This document shows, one piece after another, positions 1 to 9,499 of a stretch of 64,000 nucleotides of DNA (the stretch's first letter is position 1; each line of letters opens with the position of its first letter). The notes under the pieces were generated by a model. The model searched no databases. It worked only from the letters and a program-made list of their open reading frames with translations, and was not told the origin of the DNA. The position numbers were made by a program, and so were the translations under genes. Source of the stretch: Candidatus Hydrogenedentota bacterium (lineage in GTDB: Bacteria; Hydrogenedentota; Hydrogenedentia; Hydrogenedentales; SLHB01); assembly GCA_963745075.1 (NCBI GenBank), contig CAVUWV010000019.1:32001-96000 (forward strand). The letters run 5' to 3'.

Positions 1-1175
1 AAGATCGTGCGCGCGAGCCACCGCGCGCGCGGCAGGTAATCGGCGATCAGACGATCGTAAGGCTCGGTCAGGTCGCACTGGTTCGCCGCGTATGCCGACC
101 AGTAGGTCTGTTGAATGTTGTAGTTGGTGTGGTAATCGCCGTGCCAGGCGGGTTTCTCATCCAGCAATCCGGCGAACAGCCCCGTGCTGACGACCCCGGG
201 CTTCGACACGCAGCGCAGGAAGTACAGGTTGCGGTACCAGACGCGTTCCAGCACCTCGTCGCTGACCTGGATGCCGCTACGGCTCCAGAAGTCTTCCCAG
301 ACCTGCTCGTGGCCTCCAAGATCTTTCGAGGCTTTGGCCGCCGCTGCAATCTCCGGAGGCGTTTGTTTGTCGAGTTGCGTTTCCGGAAGCACGGCCATAT
401 AGGCAAGGGCCGTTGCCAGACGCTTTGGAGAATTGCTCTCCCGCGACGTCACCACGGAGGTCACCGCGGTATTCTCGTGCTGAGACATGGCCACGGCGAA
501 AGACAGGCCGGGCCAATCCGCGTCGCCGGGGATATCCTGCGCGATCCACGCGACGTGGTCTTCGTTGCCCGTTTCCGCTGCTGGGATATCCTCCGACGCG
601 ATTGCTTCCAGCGCGCAGTTCACGGCTCCGTCGTCCCGGTTCACGACAATCGTATTCACATCGGCAGGAATATGGATTGTATACATCCCGTTCACGGAGA
701 ACACATCGATCCGCGCACGGCGCAAGTCGAGCTTCGCGACGAGCGGCGGCTTTGCGGCGCCGGTTACGCGCAACACCGCACAGGCCCGTGGACACGGGTA
801 TGGGTGCGCGTGGTAGGAATCGGGTCCCTCCCACGTGCTGTCTTCCGGCAGGATGTATTCGCGATCGGTCCATTCTTCACCGCGACCCAGTTCCAGAAGG
901 CGCTTGAGCGTCGGAATCGGCGGGTCCAGGGCGGAATCGAGCCGCGCATCCCACACATCGTTCTTGGTGATGCGAACCACGAGATCGTCGCCGTCGGAAA
1001 ACACTAAGGCGTTCAGATCGCCGTTGCCGATGAGGAGCGCGTCGTTGATGGGATCGTCCAGCGTGGAAAGCGCAACGTCCGATCGTTCGAGCGCCTCGGG
1101 ATACGGGATGTCCGCGAAGGCGCAGACGCCGGTCAGGATCAGGGTTGGGATGAGAATTCGCGCCAGACAATTCAT
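1..1175 (-). CDS. GH95-like (alpha-L-fucosidase-like) secreted glycoside hydrolase, runs off window start
   Basis: Not in the ORF track; manual translation from ATG 1175 (RBS GAAGGGGGAG) gives signal peptide MNCLARILIPTLILTGVCAFA, LLIGNGDL, KNDVWD, HEQVWEDFWSRS, AWHGDYHTNYNIQQTYW; frame is open to position 1. Confidence 0.7.
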   Translation of the reverse strand, partial: MNCLARILIPTLILTGVCAFADIPYPEALERSDVALSTLDDPINDALLIGNGDLNALVFSDGDDLVVRITKNDVWDARLDSALDPPIPTLKRLLELGRGEEWTDREYILPEDSTWEGPDSYHAHPYPCPRACAVLRVTGAAKPPLVAKLDLRRARIDVFSVNGMYTIHIPADVNTIVVNRDDGAVNCALEAIASEDIPAAETGNEDHVAWIAQDIPGDADWPGLSFAVAMSQHENTAVTSVVTSRESNSPKRLATALAYMAVLPETQLDKQTPPEIAAAAKASKDLGGHEQVWEDFWSRSGIQVSDEVLERVWYRNLYFLRCVSKPGVVSTGLFAGLLDEKPAWHGDYHTNYNIQQTYWSAYAANQCDLTEPYDRLIADYLPRARWLARTI

Positions 1176-1246
1176 AGTTGCTCCCCCTTCAATGCGGTGC
1201 TGCCCGCCAGCAAGGATACACCGTGGCGAAAGCTTGCGCCAACACG

Positions 1247-1345
1247 CCAGGGACAGCAGGGACAACAGCGACAGCAGAGACACCCGCGACGGGAGGAAAA
1301 CCTCCCATTCGTCCTTGTTGTCGCTGTAGTCGTTGCTGTCCCTGG
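1247..1345. repeat. Intergenic inverted repeat built of 9-bp units (GGGACAGCA-like) with nested hairpin
   Basis: Arms 1247-1281 and 1311-1345 are reverse complements (29/35 match); loop holds GGGAGG-AAAA-CCTCCC. Confidence 0.8.
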
Positions 1346-1354
1346 ATTCCTCGA

Positions 1355-2839
1355 TCACGCGACTACGTCGTGCACCACATTTCCGGCTACGTCGGTCAAC
1401 CGGAAATCGCGTCCATTGTGGCGGTAGGTGAGTTTCAGGTGGTTGATGCCGAGCAGGTGCAGGATGGTCGCGTGTAGATCGTTCACGCTGACGCGGTTGA
1501 CGGCGGCTTTGTGGCCGATCTCGTCAGTCTCGCCGTAATGCACCCCGCCCTTGGCGCCGCCGCCTGCAAACCAGACCGTGAAGGCGTGAGGGTTGTGGTC
1601 GCGGCCGGATTGGCTGCCGCCCGGGGAGCGCTGCACGAGGGGGAGGCGTCCGAACTCGCCGCCCCAGATAACGAGCGTGGAATCGAGGAGTCCGCGCTGT
1701 TTCAAGTCCGTCAGCAGGCCCGCGATGGGGATGTCCGTCTCACCGGCGAAGCCGCGGTGGTTGCCCTCGATGTCGAGATGGCCGTCCCAGCTCTTTTCGT
1801 TTTCCTCGCCGCCGCTGTAGATCTGCACGAAGCGGACGCCGCGCTCCACCATGCGGCGCGCCATGATGCACTGTTTGGAAATGTGCGCGCACTTCTCGTT
1901 ATTGAGCCCGTAGAGCTCCTGGATATGCTTCGGCTCCGAATACACATCCATGGCGTCGGGCGCGGCCATTTGCATGCGGTAGGCCAACTCGAAACTTTCG
2001 ATGCGTGTGGCGAGTTCCGGATCGCCCGTATTGCCGGCCATATGATGCTTGTTCAATGACGCAAGCAAATCGAGTTGCCGCCGCTGTTGTGCGTCGGTCA
2101 TGATCTCGGGGCGCTTCAGGTTGTCGATGGGTTCGCCCTGCGCGTTAAGGCTGGTCCCCTGAAATATGCCGGGCAGGAATCCCGCGCCCCAGTTTTGCGA
2201 ATAGCCTTTCGGGAGACCGCGGCCCAGGGTGTCGTACATGACGACGAAGCCGGGGAGGTTCTGGTTTTCCGTGCCGAGACCGTAGGTGACCCACGAACCC
2301 ACGCTGGGGAATCCCATACGGCTGAAGCCGGTGTTGATCTCGAAGAGGGCGGGTGAATGGTTGTTCGTTTCCGTGAAGCACGAATGAATGAAGGCCATGT
2401 CGTCCACGTGCTGGGCCATGTTTGGGAAAATCTCGGAGACCCACGTGCCCGACTCGCCGTGTTGTGCAAAATCGAAGGGGGATTTCATGATCGGGCCGAC
2501 CTGGTCCGCGAAAAAGCCGGTCGTGCTGTCGAAGCCTTCCAGCTTCTGGCCGTCGCGTTTTTCCAGTTCGGGTTTGTAGTCCCAGGTATCCACATGGCTC
2601 GGGCCGCCGTTCATGAACAGCCAGATCACCGCCTTCGCCTTCGCCGGGAAATGGGACGGATGCGACGCGAGCGGGTTCAAGGATTCCGTCGCGGAAGCGG
2701 CGAGCAGTCCCTGGGACTCGAGCAGTCCGGCCAATGCCAGCGCACCGAACCCTTGCCCCGTCCGGCGGAGAAAGTCGCGGCGCGTACAAAAACACGGCGC
2801 CGGTGTGGCGATGTAGTGGGGTTCAATTTTTTCGCTCAT
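1355..2839 (-). CDS. DUF1501 family protein, Tat-like signal
   Basis: TRRDFL, LFMNGGPSHVDTWDYKP, ARRMVERGVRFVQ, WDGH, WGGEFGRLP, GRDHNP. Confidence 0.9.
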   Translation of the reverse strand: MSEKIEPHYIATPAPCFCTRRDFLRRTGQGFGALALAGLLESQGLLAASATESLNPLASHPSHFPAKAKAVIWLFMNGGPSHVDTWDYKPELEKRDGQKLEGFDSTTGFFADQVGPIMKSPFDFAQHGESGTWVSEIFPNMAQHVDDMAFIHSCFTETNNHSPALFEINTGFSRMGFPSVGSWVTYGLGTENQNLPGFVVMYDTLGRGLPKGYSQNWGAGFLPGIFQGTSLNAQGEPIDNLKRPEIMTDAQQRRQLDLLASLNKHHMAGNTGDPELATRIESFELAYRMQMAAPDAMDVYSEPKHIQELYGLNNEKCAHISKQCIMARRMVERGVRFVQIYSGGEENEKSWDGHLDIEGNHRGFAGETDIPIAGLLTDLKQRGLLDSTLVIWGGEFGRLPLVQRSPGGSQSGRDHNPHAFTVWFAGGGAKGGVHYGETDEIGHKAAVNRVSVNDLHATILHLLGINHLKLTYRHNGRDFRLTDVAGNVVHDVVA

Positions 2840-2848
2840 GCTTCCCTC

Positions 2849-5800
2849 TTAATCGATGTAAACAAACTCATTCAGGCCCAACAGCACCTGGCAGAAATCC
2901 TGAATTGCCGAAGCGGCGGGATGTTCGTTGCCCGATTCGGCGTACGAAGCCTTTTGCGCTTCGATGAACGCGAGTGAATCGGCCAACTCCGTTTCGTCGG
3001 GAACCCGACCCACCGCGATCCGGTACCCTTCGCGCACGACCGTATCCGTTGCAGTCGCGGCATCGGGACAGATCCGCTTTGCGAGGTTGGCGGCGCAGGT
3101 GCGCACGAGATCGTTGTTCATCATGAGCAAGGCCTGCGGTGCAATGGTGGTGGACGGCCGTTCCCCGATGCCCTGGGTTGCGTCCGGCCCGTCGAACAGC
3201 GTCATCATAGGGATGAGCTTGCTGCGCTTGACCGTGAAGTAGATGCTGCGGCGGTCGTGCTCGTCCAACGTGCCGGGACCGAACATCGTCGGGTCCAGGG
3301 TGCCGCTCACGGAGAGCATGGCGTCGCGAATGACTTCCGCTTCGAGGCGTTCGCGCGGGTGACGCCAGTAGAGTTTGTTCTGCGTATCAATCTTTACTTT
3401 GGTCTCGTCGATGGCGGCGCTTTGAAGGTAGGTGGCGCTCGTCATGATGAGTTTATGGATGGGTTTCAGGCGCCAACCGTTGTGGACGAGTTCCAGCGCC
3501 AGCCAATCGAGCAGTTCCGGATGCGTCGGTGCTTCGCCCTGCATGCCAAAATCGCTGGTGGTCGCCACGATGCCTTGGCCCATGTGGTGTTGCCACAACC
3601 GGTTCACGATGACCCGCGCGAGCAGGAAGCCCGCGCCGTCGTCGTAATCGGTAATCCATTCCGCCAGCGACGTCCGCAAATACGGGGTACGCGACCCCTC
3701 CGGCGGTTCGACTTTCCAGTGGTCCGCCCCATCCAAGGCAAACTCGAGCGTGGTGAGGAAACCCTGTGTGGCGATGTCGCCTTTCTGGTTCGGGTCGCCG
3801 CGTTTGAGGAAGTTCGTGTGTTCGAGATAGTCGCCGCCCTGGGTGTGCGTGCGGATGGCCGGCACTCCTTCGCTGCAGACCATGACTTTCGCCTTGCCGG
3901 GTGCGGGCCGCAGTTCCGCGTGTTCGCGGACTTTCTTCGCGCGATCGCGCCAGTCCTTGTCCGTCGTGCGGTACCACGCAAACAGCGTTGCGCGATCTTC
4001 ATCGGTCAATGCCGCGAGATCGGTGTTGAGTCGGGTTAACGCCTCCTGTGCGGCGTGGTACTCGTCCTCATCGTCGAAACCGACGGGCCAAGGTAGCGTG
4101 CTGGTCGACAGGCGCGTGCGGCCGATCCCATGGCCCGTATTCACGTCGAAGGATAACGTCACGGTCAGCACCGTGCCGCCGTCAAAACCGACGGGAGACT
4201 CAATCCGGAAGATGGCGGCGTGGTCTTTCCCGAACTCGGGATCGACGGCCCACCCGGACTTGGGATCGTCGTCGATGGCGGCGCTGACGGGCAGGCCGGT
4301 CTGTTCAAACGTGGCGATGGGGTTGACGAGTTTGGCTTCGACCGGTTCGCCCTGACCGTTGGCGGGCGCGGCAACGACTTTGATCGACGATAACGCGAAG
4401 TTGCCGTTCGCGGCACGTCCGGGCCCGCCCTTGGCCAAAGCGTCGTCGTGTAACGCCTCGATGCGAATCGCCGCGATACCCTTTTTGTCCGTGCGCGCGG
4501 TGAAGGTGTAGGTGTCGCTCGCGGGATTGACACCCTCCGCGCGGAAAGACTCATCGTCGAGCTTCGTGAAGTAGGCGCCGCCCGCGGACGTGGCGTTGTC
4601 GACGTGCAACACCGTCCACGGCGCTTCAAAATCCGCCTTGTCGTCGGTCTTCAGCCACGCATCGAAACGTTCGGTCAACGTGCCCTCTTCGAAGGATTCC
4701 AAGTCGGCAACCAGCGGCGCGTGTTCTTTCTCGAATCGCGCCATGGCCTGCTGGTGCGTGAGATCGTCGACCGGGATCTCCAGATTCGATCGGACGGTCT
4801 TCGTAAACGTCGAGATGAGCCGGTAGTAATCTTTCGTCGGGATGGGGTCGTACTTGTGATCGTGACAGCGCGCGCAGCCGACCGTGAGACCTAGCATGGA
4901 CGTGCCGATAGTCCGGGTCATGTCGTCGAGTTCGTCGTAACGTTCCTTCTCGACCTGGCTCTTGGTGATTTGCGTCGCGTGCGTTCCTGCGCCGAGAAAC
5001 CCGGTGGCCATCATGGCGAGCGGATTGTCCGGGTCGTACTCATCGCCCGCGATCTGCCACTTCACGAAGGTGTTGTACGGCAAATCCTGGTTGAACGCCT
5101 TGATGACGAAATCGCGGTAGTGATAGGCGTACTCGCGGTTGTAGTCCTGTTCGTAACCGTGGCTCTCCGCAAACCGCGCGAGGTCAAGCCAATGGCGCGC
5201 CCAGCGTTCGCCGAAGTGCGGGTTGTCCAGCAGTTCGTCCACGAGTGTGTCGTAGGCCTTGGGATCGGGATCGTTGACGAAGGCGTCCACCGCCTCGGGC
5301 GTCGGCGGCAGGCCGATCAGATCGAAGTACGCGCGCCGGATCAGCGTGCGCCGGTCCGCCTCGGGATTCGGCGCAAGTTTGTTCGCTTCCAACTTGGCGA
5401 GAATGAACCGATCGATATCGTTCCGCGGCCACTGCGTATCGTTCACCGCAGGCGGATCGCGTTCGACCGGTTTGACGAAGGCCCAGTGCCGCTCGTACTT
5501 CGCGCCTTGATCGATCCAGCGGCCCAGGAGATCGATTTCCTGTGCCGTCAACGACTTCTGCGAATCGGGCGGCGGCATCTGGTCCACGGGATCGTCCGTG
5601 GTCATACGCTGCCAAAGCGGGCTCTCCGCGCGTTTTCCCGGCACGATGGCCGCATGACCGGACTTCAGCGCCTGAAACGCCCCATCCTCCGTGTCCAACC
5701 GCAACCCTGCCTTGCGTTTCCCCTGGTCGGGTCCGTGGCAGGCGAAGCAGTTTTCCGACAGAATGGGGCGGATGTCGCGATTGAAACTGACGGCCGCACC

Positions 5801-6016
5801 GGGCACACGCGTTTCGTCCGCGGCGACGCGTTTGATGCGCTCCTCCAGCGCGTGCAGCAATACGGCACGCTCGTTCGCGTCGGAGTCGATGCGATCCAAC
5901 ATCGCGGCGGCGTCCGAAGCCGGGTCCCCATGGGCGGACAGCGCACACGCCGCCACGGCACAAATTGACAGTATTCGCCCGATGCAAGGTAAGACCGATA
6001 CCTTCATAGCCCCCAT
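2849..6016 (-). CDS. Planctomycete cytochrome c / DUF1549 / DUF1553 (PSCyt1-PSCyt2-PSD1) protein
   Basis: Heme motifs CFACH and CARCH; FGERWARHWLDLARFAES; VNRLWQHHMGQG; PTHPELLDWLA; PQALLMMN; usual partner of DUF1501. Confidence 0.9.
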   Translation of the reverse strand: MGAMKVSVLPCIGRILSICAVAACALSAHGDPASDAAAMLDRIDSDANERAVLLHALEERIKRVAADETRVPGAAVSFNRDIRPILSENCFACHGPDQGKRKAGLRLDTEDGAFQALKSGHAAIVPGKRAESPLWQRMTTDDPVDQMPPPDSQKSLTAQEIDLLGRWIDQGAKYERHWAFVKPVERDPPAVNDTQWPRNDIDRFILAKLEANKLAPNPEADRRTLIRRAYFDLIGLPPTPEAVDAFVNDPDPKAYDTLVDELLDNPHFGERWARHWLDLARFAESHGYEQDYNREYAYHYRDFVIKAFNQDLPYNTFVKWQIAGDEYDPDNPLAMMATGFLGAGTHATQITKSQVEKERYDELDDMTRTIGTSMLGLTVGCARCHDHKYDPIPTKDYYRLISTFTKTVRSNLEIPVDDLTHQQAMARFEKEHAPLVADLESFEEGTLTERFDAWLKTDDKADFEAPWTVLHVDNATSAGGAYFTKLDDESFRAEGVNPASDTYTFTARTDKKGIAAIRIEALHDDALAKGGPGRAANGNFALSSIKVVAAPANGQGEPVEAKLVNPIATFEQTGLPVSAAIDDDPKSGWAVDPEFGKDHAAIFRIESPVGFDGGTVLTVTLSFDVNTGHGIGRTRLSTSTLPWPVGFDDEDEYHAAQEALTRLNTDLAALTDEDRATLFAWYRTTDKDWRDRAKKVREHAELRPAPGKAKVMVCSEGVPAIRTHTQGGDYLEHTNFLKRGDPNQKGDIATQGFLTTLEFALDGADHWKVEPPEGSRTPYLRTSLAEWITDYDDGAGFLLARVIVNRLWQHHMGQGIVATTSDFGMQGEAPTHPELLDWLALELVHNGWRLKPIHKLIMTSATYLQSAAIDETKVKIDTQNKLYWRHPRERLEAEVIRDAMLSVSGTLDPTMFGPGTLDEHDRRSIYFTVKRSKLIPMMTLFDGPDATQGIGERPSTTIAPQALLMMNNDLVRTCAANLAKRICPDAATATDTVVREGYRIAVGRVPDETELADSLAFIEAQKASYAESGNEHPAASAIQDFCQVLLGLNEFVYID

Positions 6017-6063
6017 CTTCCCAAGAGAAGCCCCAAAAAGTCAATAAATTCGGGAGTTTATCA

Positions 6064-6092
6064 TTGAACGTTCCGGAGTCATCGGCTACAAT
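6064..6092 (+). promoter_or_regulatory. Putative sigma70 promoter for hldE
   Basis: TTGAAC-17 bp-TACAAT about 50 bp upstream of the ATG. Confidence 0.5.
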
Positions 6093-6143
6093 CCGGCTGA
6101 TTTTGTCTGCTAGCTGAATTCGCATCAGGAGCGAGCCACTATT

Positions 6144-7619
6144 ATGGATTTGGAGCGCTATCGCGACTTGTTGTCGCGCTTTGAGAAGGCCCGTGTGTTG
6201 GTCGTGGGCGACATTTACCTCGACGAGAACGTCCGGGGCGTGGTGACAGGGATCAGCCTGGAAGCGCCGATCCCGGTGTATGAGGTGCATCAGCGCAAGT
6301 ACAACCCCGGCGCGGCGGGGAACGCGGCGTGCAACGTGGCGGCGCTGGGCGCGAAGACCTATATGGTCGGCTACGTGGGCCGGGACACGAATGCGGACAT
6401 CGTCCGGCGCGAGTTCGAGGTGCGGAACGTGGACACGTCGGGGCTGGTCGTGCATCCGACGCGCGCGACCAACACGTACGGCAAGCTGCGGGCGGGCGGA
6501 TTCAACATCCCCACGCAGGAGATTTTGCGGACGGACACGCCGACGCCGGTGTTTATCGAGGGCGAGGTCGAAGATCAGATCATGGCGAACATAAAAGCCC
6601 GGGCGCCGGAAGTCGACGCCATCGTGGTGACCGACCAGGTCTGTTCCGTGGCGACGGAGCGGGTCCTGCGCGAGGTCGTCGAGATTGCGAAGCAGCACAA
6701 GCTCATCACCGTCGGCGATTCGCGGTCCCGCGCGGGGGCCTTCAACGATTTCGACATCATTGTGCCGAACGACCGCGAAGCGGGCATTGGCGCGGGGATT
6801 GAAGTCGTCGATGAAGAGACGCTCCATGCGGCGGGCAAGAAGCTGCTGACCATCTGCAAGAACGCAGTGGTCACGCGGGGCGCGGAAGGCATCACGGTCT
6901 TCGCGGCAGACGGCAGCGTCACCGACGTGCCGATTACCATCGCCCCCGACGCCGTGGTCGACGTAACCGGTGCGGGCGATACGGTTACGGCCGCCGTGAC
7001 CGTGACCACGGTCGCGGGCGGCACGCTGGCGGAAGCCGCGGTCGTGGGGAATACCGCCGCAGGGGTGGCGGTGGCTCAAGAAGGCGTCGTTACCGTACCC
7101 AAAGCTCAGCTCGATCGAGCGCTGCTCAGCAAGGGCGGCCCTGCAAAGCTAAAGGATATCAATGAGTTAAAGGATGTCGTGGCAGCCTTGCGCGAGTCGG
7201 AAAGGAAAGTCGTCTGGACGAACGGTTGCTTCGATATCGTCCACGTGGGCCATATTACGTACCTCCAGAAGGCGGCATCGCTGGGCGATGTGCTAATTGT
7301 CGGCCTCAACACCGACGAATCCGTGCGAAAGGTCAAGGGTCCGGGCCGGCCCATCGTTCCCGAAACCGAACGGGCTGTGGTACTTGCGGCGCTGGAGTGC
7401 GTGGGCTACGTGGTACTGTTCTCCGACCCCACGCCGATGCCATATCTCGAAGCCTTGCGCCCGGATGTGTACGCCAAAGGCGGCGATTACACGCTGGAGA
7501 CCATCGTCCAGGAGGAGCGACGGCTGGTCGAGAGCTACGGAGGGTCCATCGCAATTATTCCTGGGGTGGAGGGCCGCTCCACGACAAATATCATCGCCCG
7601 GATCGCACAAGACGGGTGA
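6144..7619 (+). CDS. hldE: Bifunctional heptose-7-phosphate kinase / heptose-1-phosphate adenylyltransferase
   Basis: PfkB domain (VVGDIYLDE, ISLEAPIPV, DVTGAGDT) plus cytidylyltransferase-like domain (NGCFDIVHVGH, GLNTDESV, KGGDY, STTNII). Confidence 0.9.
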   Translation: MDLERYRDLLSRFEKARVLVVGDIYLDENVRGVVTGISLEAPIPVYEVHQRKYNPGAAGNAACNVAALGAKTYMVGYVGRDTNADIVRREFEVRNVDTSGLVVHPTRATNTYGKLRAGGFNIPTQEILRTDTPTPVFIEGEVEDQIMANIKARAPEVDAIVVTDQVCSVATERVLREVVEIAKQHKLITVGDSRSRAGAFNDFDIIVPNDREAGIGAGIEVVDEETLHAAGKKLLTICKNAVVTRGAEGITVFAADGSVTDVPITIAPDAVVDVTGAGDTVTAAVTVTTVAGGTLAEAAVVGNTAAGVAVAQEGVVTVPKAQLDRALLSKGGPAKLKDINELKDVVAALRESERKVVWTNGCFDIVHVGHITYLQKAASLGDVLIVGLNTDESVRKVKGPGRPIVPETERAVVLAALECVGYVVLFSDPTPMPYLEALRPDVYAKGGDYTLETIVQEERRLVESYGGSIAIIPGVEGRSTTNIIARIAQDG

Positions 7620-7700
7620 CTTTCGCCATATGGAGGGGTGTGAAATCCCACGGGACTGTGTTAGACTGGCATCCTGATACGACGTAAAGGAGACGATTCC

Positions 7701-8264
7701 ATGAGCTTGCAGCGGTTTGTATCCATTTGGGCCTTGGCGGTGTTGGTTTGCGCGTTTGCGTGGACGGGAGCCGCCCAGGAGAACAAGGAACTCGCCACGT
7801 CCCAGGCTCCGTTTATCTTGGAGCCTCCGACCACCTCGCTTGATACGTCCGGCGCGGTAAACTTGCCCCCGGCCAACACATCCGGCGTTACCAGCCCGTC
7901 GAATGAGCAAAGCAAACGGCAAGCGCGCGTGCAAACGAGCGACGATACGGCCAAGAAGCAAGCGACGCCCGAACGCCAGACTCCAAAGAACGTGATGCGC
8001 ATTGACGACAAGACCAGGCGGAAAGTCAAGCCGGTTGCGATTATCAAAGCATCCCTGTCCCCGTGGGGCTATACGCGCCGGTTCCAGGAAGGGGACATCG
8101 CTCGTCCAGAACATCCGTATGGAGCCGGTACCGGTAGCGGTCTAGGCGCCTCGACGGGTCCGAATGCGCCCCGTAGTTTGAGCCTTAGTGGAATTGGCAG
8201 CCGCCGCTCCAGCTCCGGCTCTTCGCAGCGCAGTGAACGCCGTCAACACGGTCGTCCAAGATAG
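7701..8264 (+). CDS. Secreted low-complexity hypothetical protein
   Basis: RBS AAAGGAG, signal peptide ending AWTGAA-Q, Ser/Thr/Pro/Arg-rich body. Confidence 0.6.
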   Translation: MSLQRFVSIWALAVLVCAFAWTGAAQENKELATSQAPFILEPPTTSLDTSGAVNLPPANTSGVTSPSNEQSKRQARVQTSDDTAKKQATPERQTPKNVMRIDDKTRRKVKPVAIIKASLSPWGYTRRFQEGDIARPEHPYGAGTGSGLGASTGPNAPRSLSLSGIGSRRSSSGSSQRSERRQHGRPR

Positions 8265-8314
8265 ATAAGGCGCCCGATCTACAGACAAACACTGCGTTGT
8301 AACCGCGAGGCTTT

Positions 8315-8848
8315 CTACAGGGTTTCCACCGTGATGTGGCTGTTGGTGTAGATGCAGATTTGGGCCGCCGTGTCCAGCGCTTCACGAACAATGGCTTCCG
8401 CGTCGAGCGAGGAATGCTTGATGAGTGCGCGGGCCGCCGCCAAGGCGAATGACCCTCCCGAACCAACGGCGATGATTCCGTCATCGGGTTGAATAACTTC
8501 ACCGCTGCCGGCGACGATCAGGGACGCTTCGGTGTCGCAAACGGCCAGAAGGGCTTCCAGGTTTCGCAGGTACTTATCCGTACGCCATTCCTTGCCGAGT
8601 TCAACGGCGGCACGCACCAGGTTCTTGTTGAACTCGTTGAGCTTTCCCTCGAACCGCTCGAACAGGGTGAATGCGTCAGATACCGCGCCCGCGAATCCCG
8701 CGAGAACGCGCCCATCAGCCAAGCGGCGCACCTTGACGGCATGATGTTTCATAATGGTGTTACCGAGGGTGACCTGGCCATCGGCGCCTAACGCCACTTT
8801 CCCGTCCTTGCGAACGCTGACCACGGTGGTACCGTAAAATGTATCCAT
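8315..8848 (-). CDS. hslV: ATP-dependent protease peptidase subunit HslV (ClpQ)
   Basis: [47 protein letters not shown]; start at MDTFYGTT behind AAGGAA. Confidence 0.95.
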   Translation of the reverse strand: MDTFYGTTVVSVRKDGKVALGADGQVTLGNTIMKHHAVKVRRLADGRVLAGFAGAVSDAFTLFERFEGKLNEFNKNLVRAAVELGKEWRTDKYLRNLEALLAVCDTEASLIVAGSGEVIQPDDGIIAVGSGGSFALAAARALIKHSSLDAEAIVREALDTAAQICIYTNSHITVETL

Positions 8849-8980
8849 GGGAGTTCCTTTTAATGCTCGCACCGGCAATGACCGGTTTCAGGTTAATTTC
8901 AATGGTTCTAACACATCGGTCCGGTGAAGGCCAAGCGAGGGGCAATCCCTTTTCGACGATGGCGATTGGAGAGACGCACC

Positions 8981-9478
8981 GTGGATGAAGGTAAATCGGC
9001 GCTTTTGGGGTTGTTGATTCTGGGAGCGTGCATCGCGTTTATGTGGTCGCGCGGGTATCGCATGCGCCGGACGTGGAAGCGCGGCATCGACGCCCTGGAG
9101 GCGGGGGATCTGGCCGTTGCGGAAAAGTCGTTACAGTCGTGCGTCAAGCAATCTCCTTCATTCGTACCGGCGCGGCGGTTGCTGGGCAGAACCCTCGTTG
9201 CGCTTCAACGGTTCGACGAAGCGGAAGCACAGTTGCGTCTCGCGTCCCAGTTTGAACCCCGAAATGCGGAAGGCCATCTCGAGCTGGCCATGTTTCTGGC
9301 CAACTGTCCGCCGGTCCGTCCGGACGAGGCCGTCAAGAGCCTGTCCACGGCCCTGGAGTTTGCGCCGGCAATACGCGCGACCCTGGGACACCGGCCGGAG
9401 TTTGCCCGCCTTCGCGACGATCCCCAGTTTCAAGCGCTACTGCACGCCTCCGCTGAAAGCGATTCGGGAGCCGGTTAG
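8981..9478 (+). CDS. Membrane-anchored TPR protein
   Basis: N-terminal TM helix, TPR-like helices, C-terminal PEFARLRDDPQF motif; GTG start after GGAGAG. Confidence 0.7.
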   Translation: MDEGKSALLGLLILGACIAFMWSRGYRMRRTWKRGIDALEAGDLAVAEKSLQSCVKQSPSFVPARRLLGRTLVALQRFDEAEAQLRLASQFEPRNAEGHLELAMFLANCPPVRPDEAVKSLSTALEFAPAIRATLGHRPEFARLRDDPQFQALLHASAESDSGAG

Positions 9479-9499
9479 CCCGCACCAAGAACGCGTCGC

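Noticed and set aside
5184..7079. 631-aa minus-strand ORF
   Set aside because: Shadow frame overlapping hldE and the PSD1 gene; Arg/Gly-rich, no motifs; expected in GC-rich DNA.
8265..8314. Possible GTAG-REP remnant between convergent genes
   Set aside because: Only a short CTACA end, with no convincing palindrome or match to the other REP copies.
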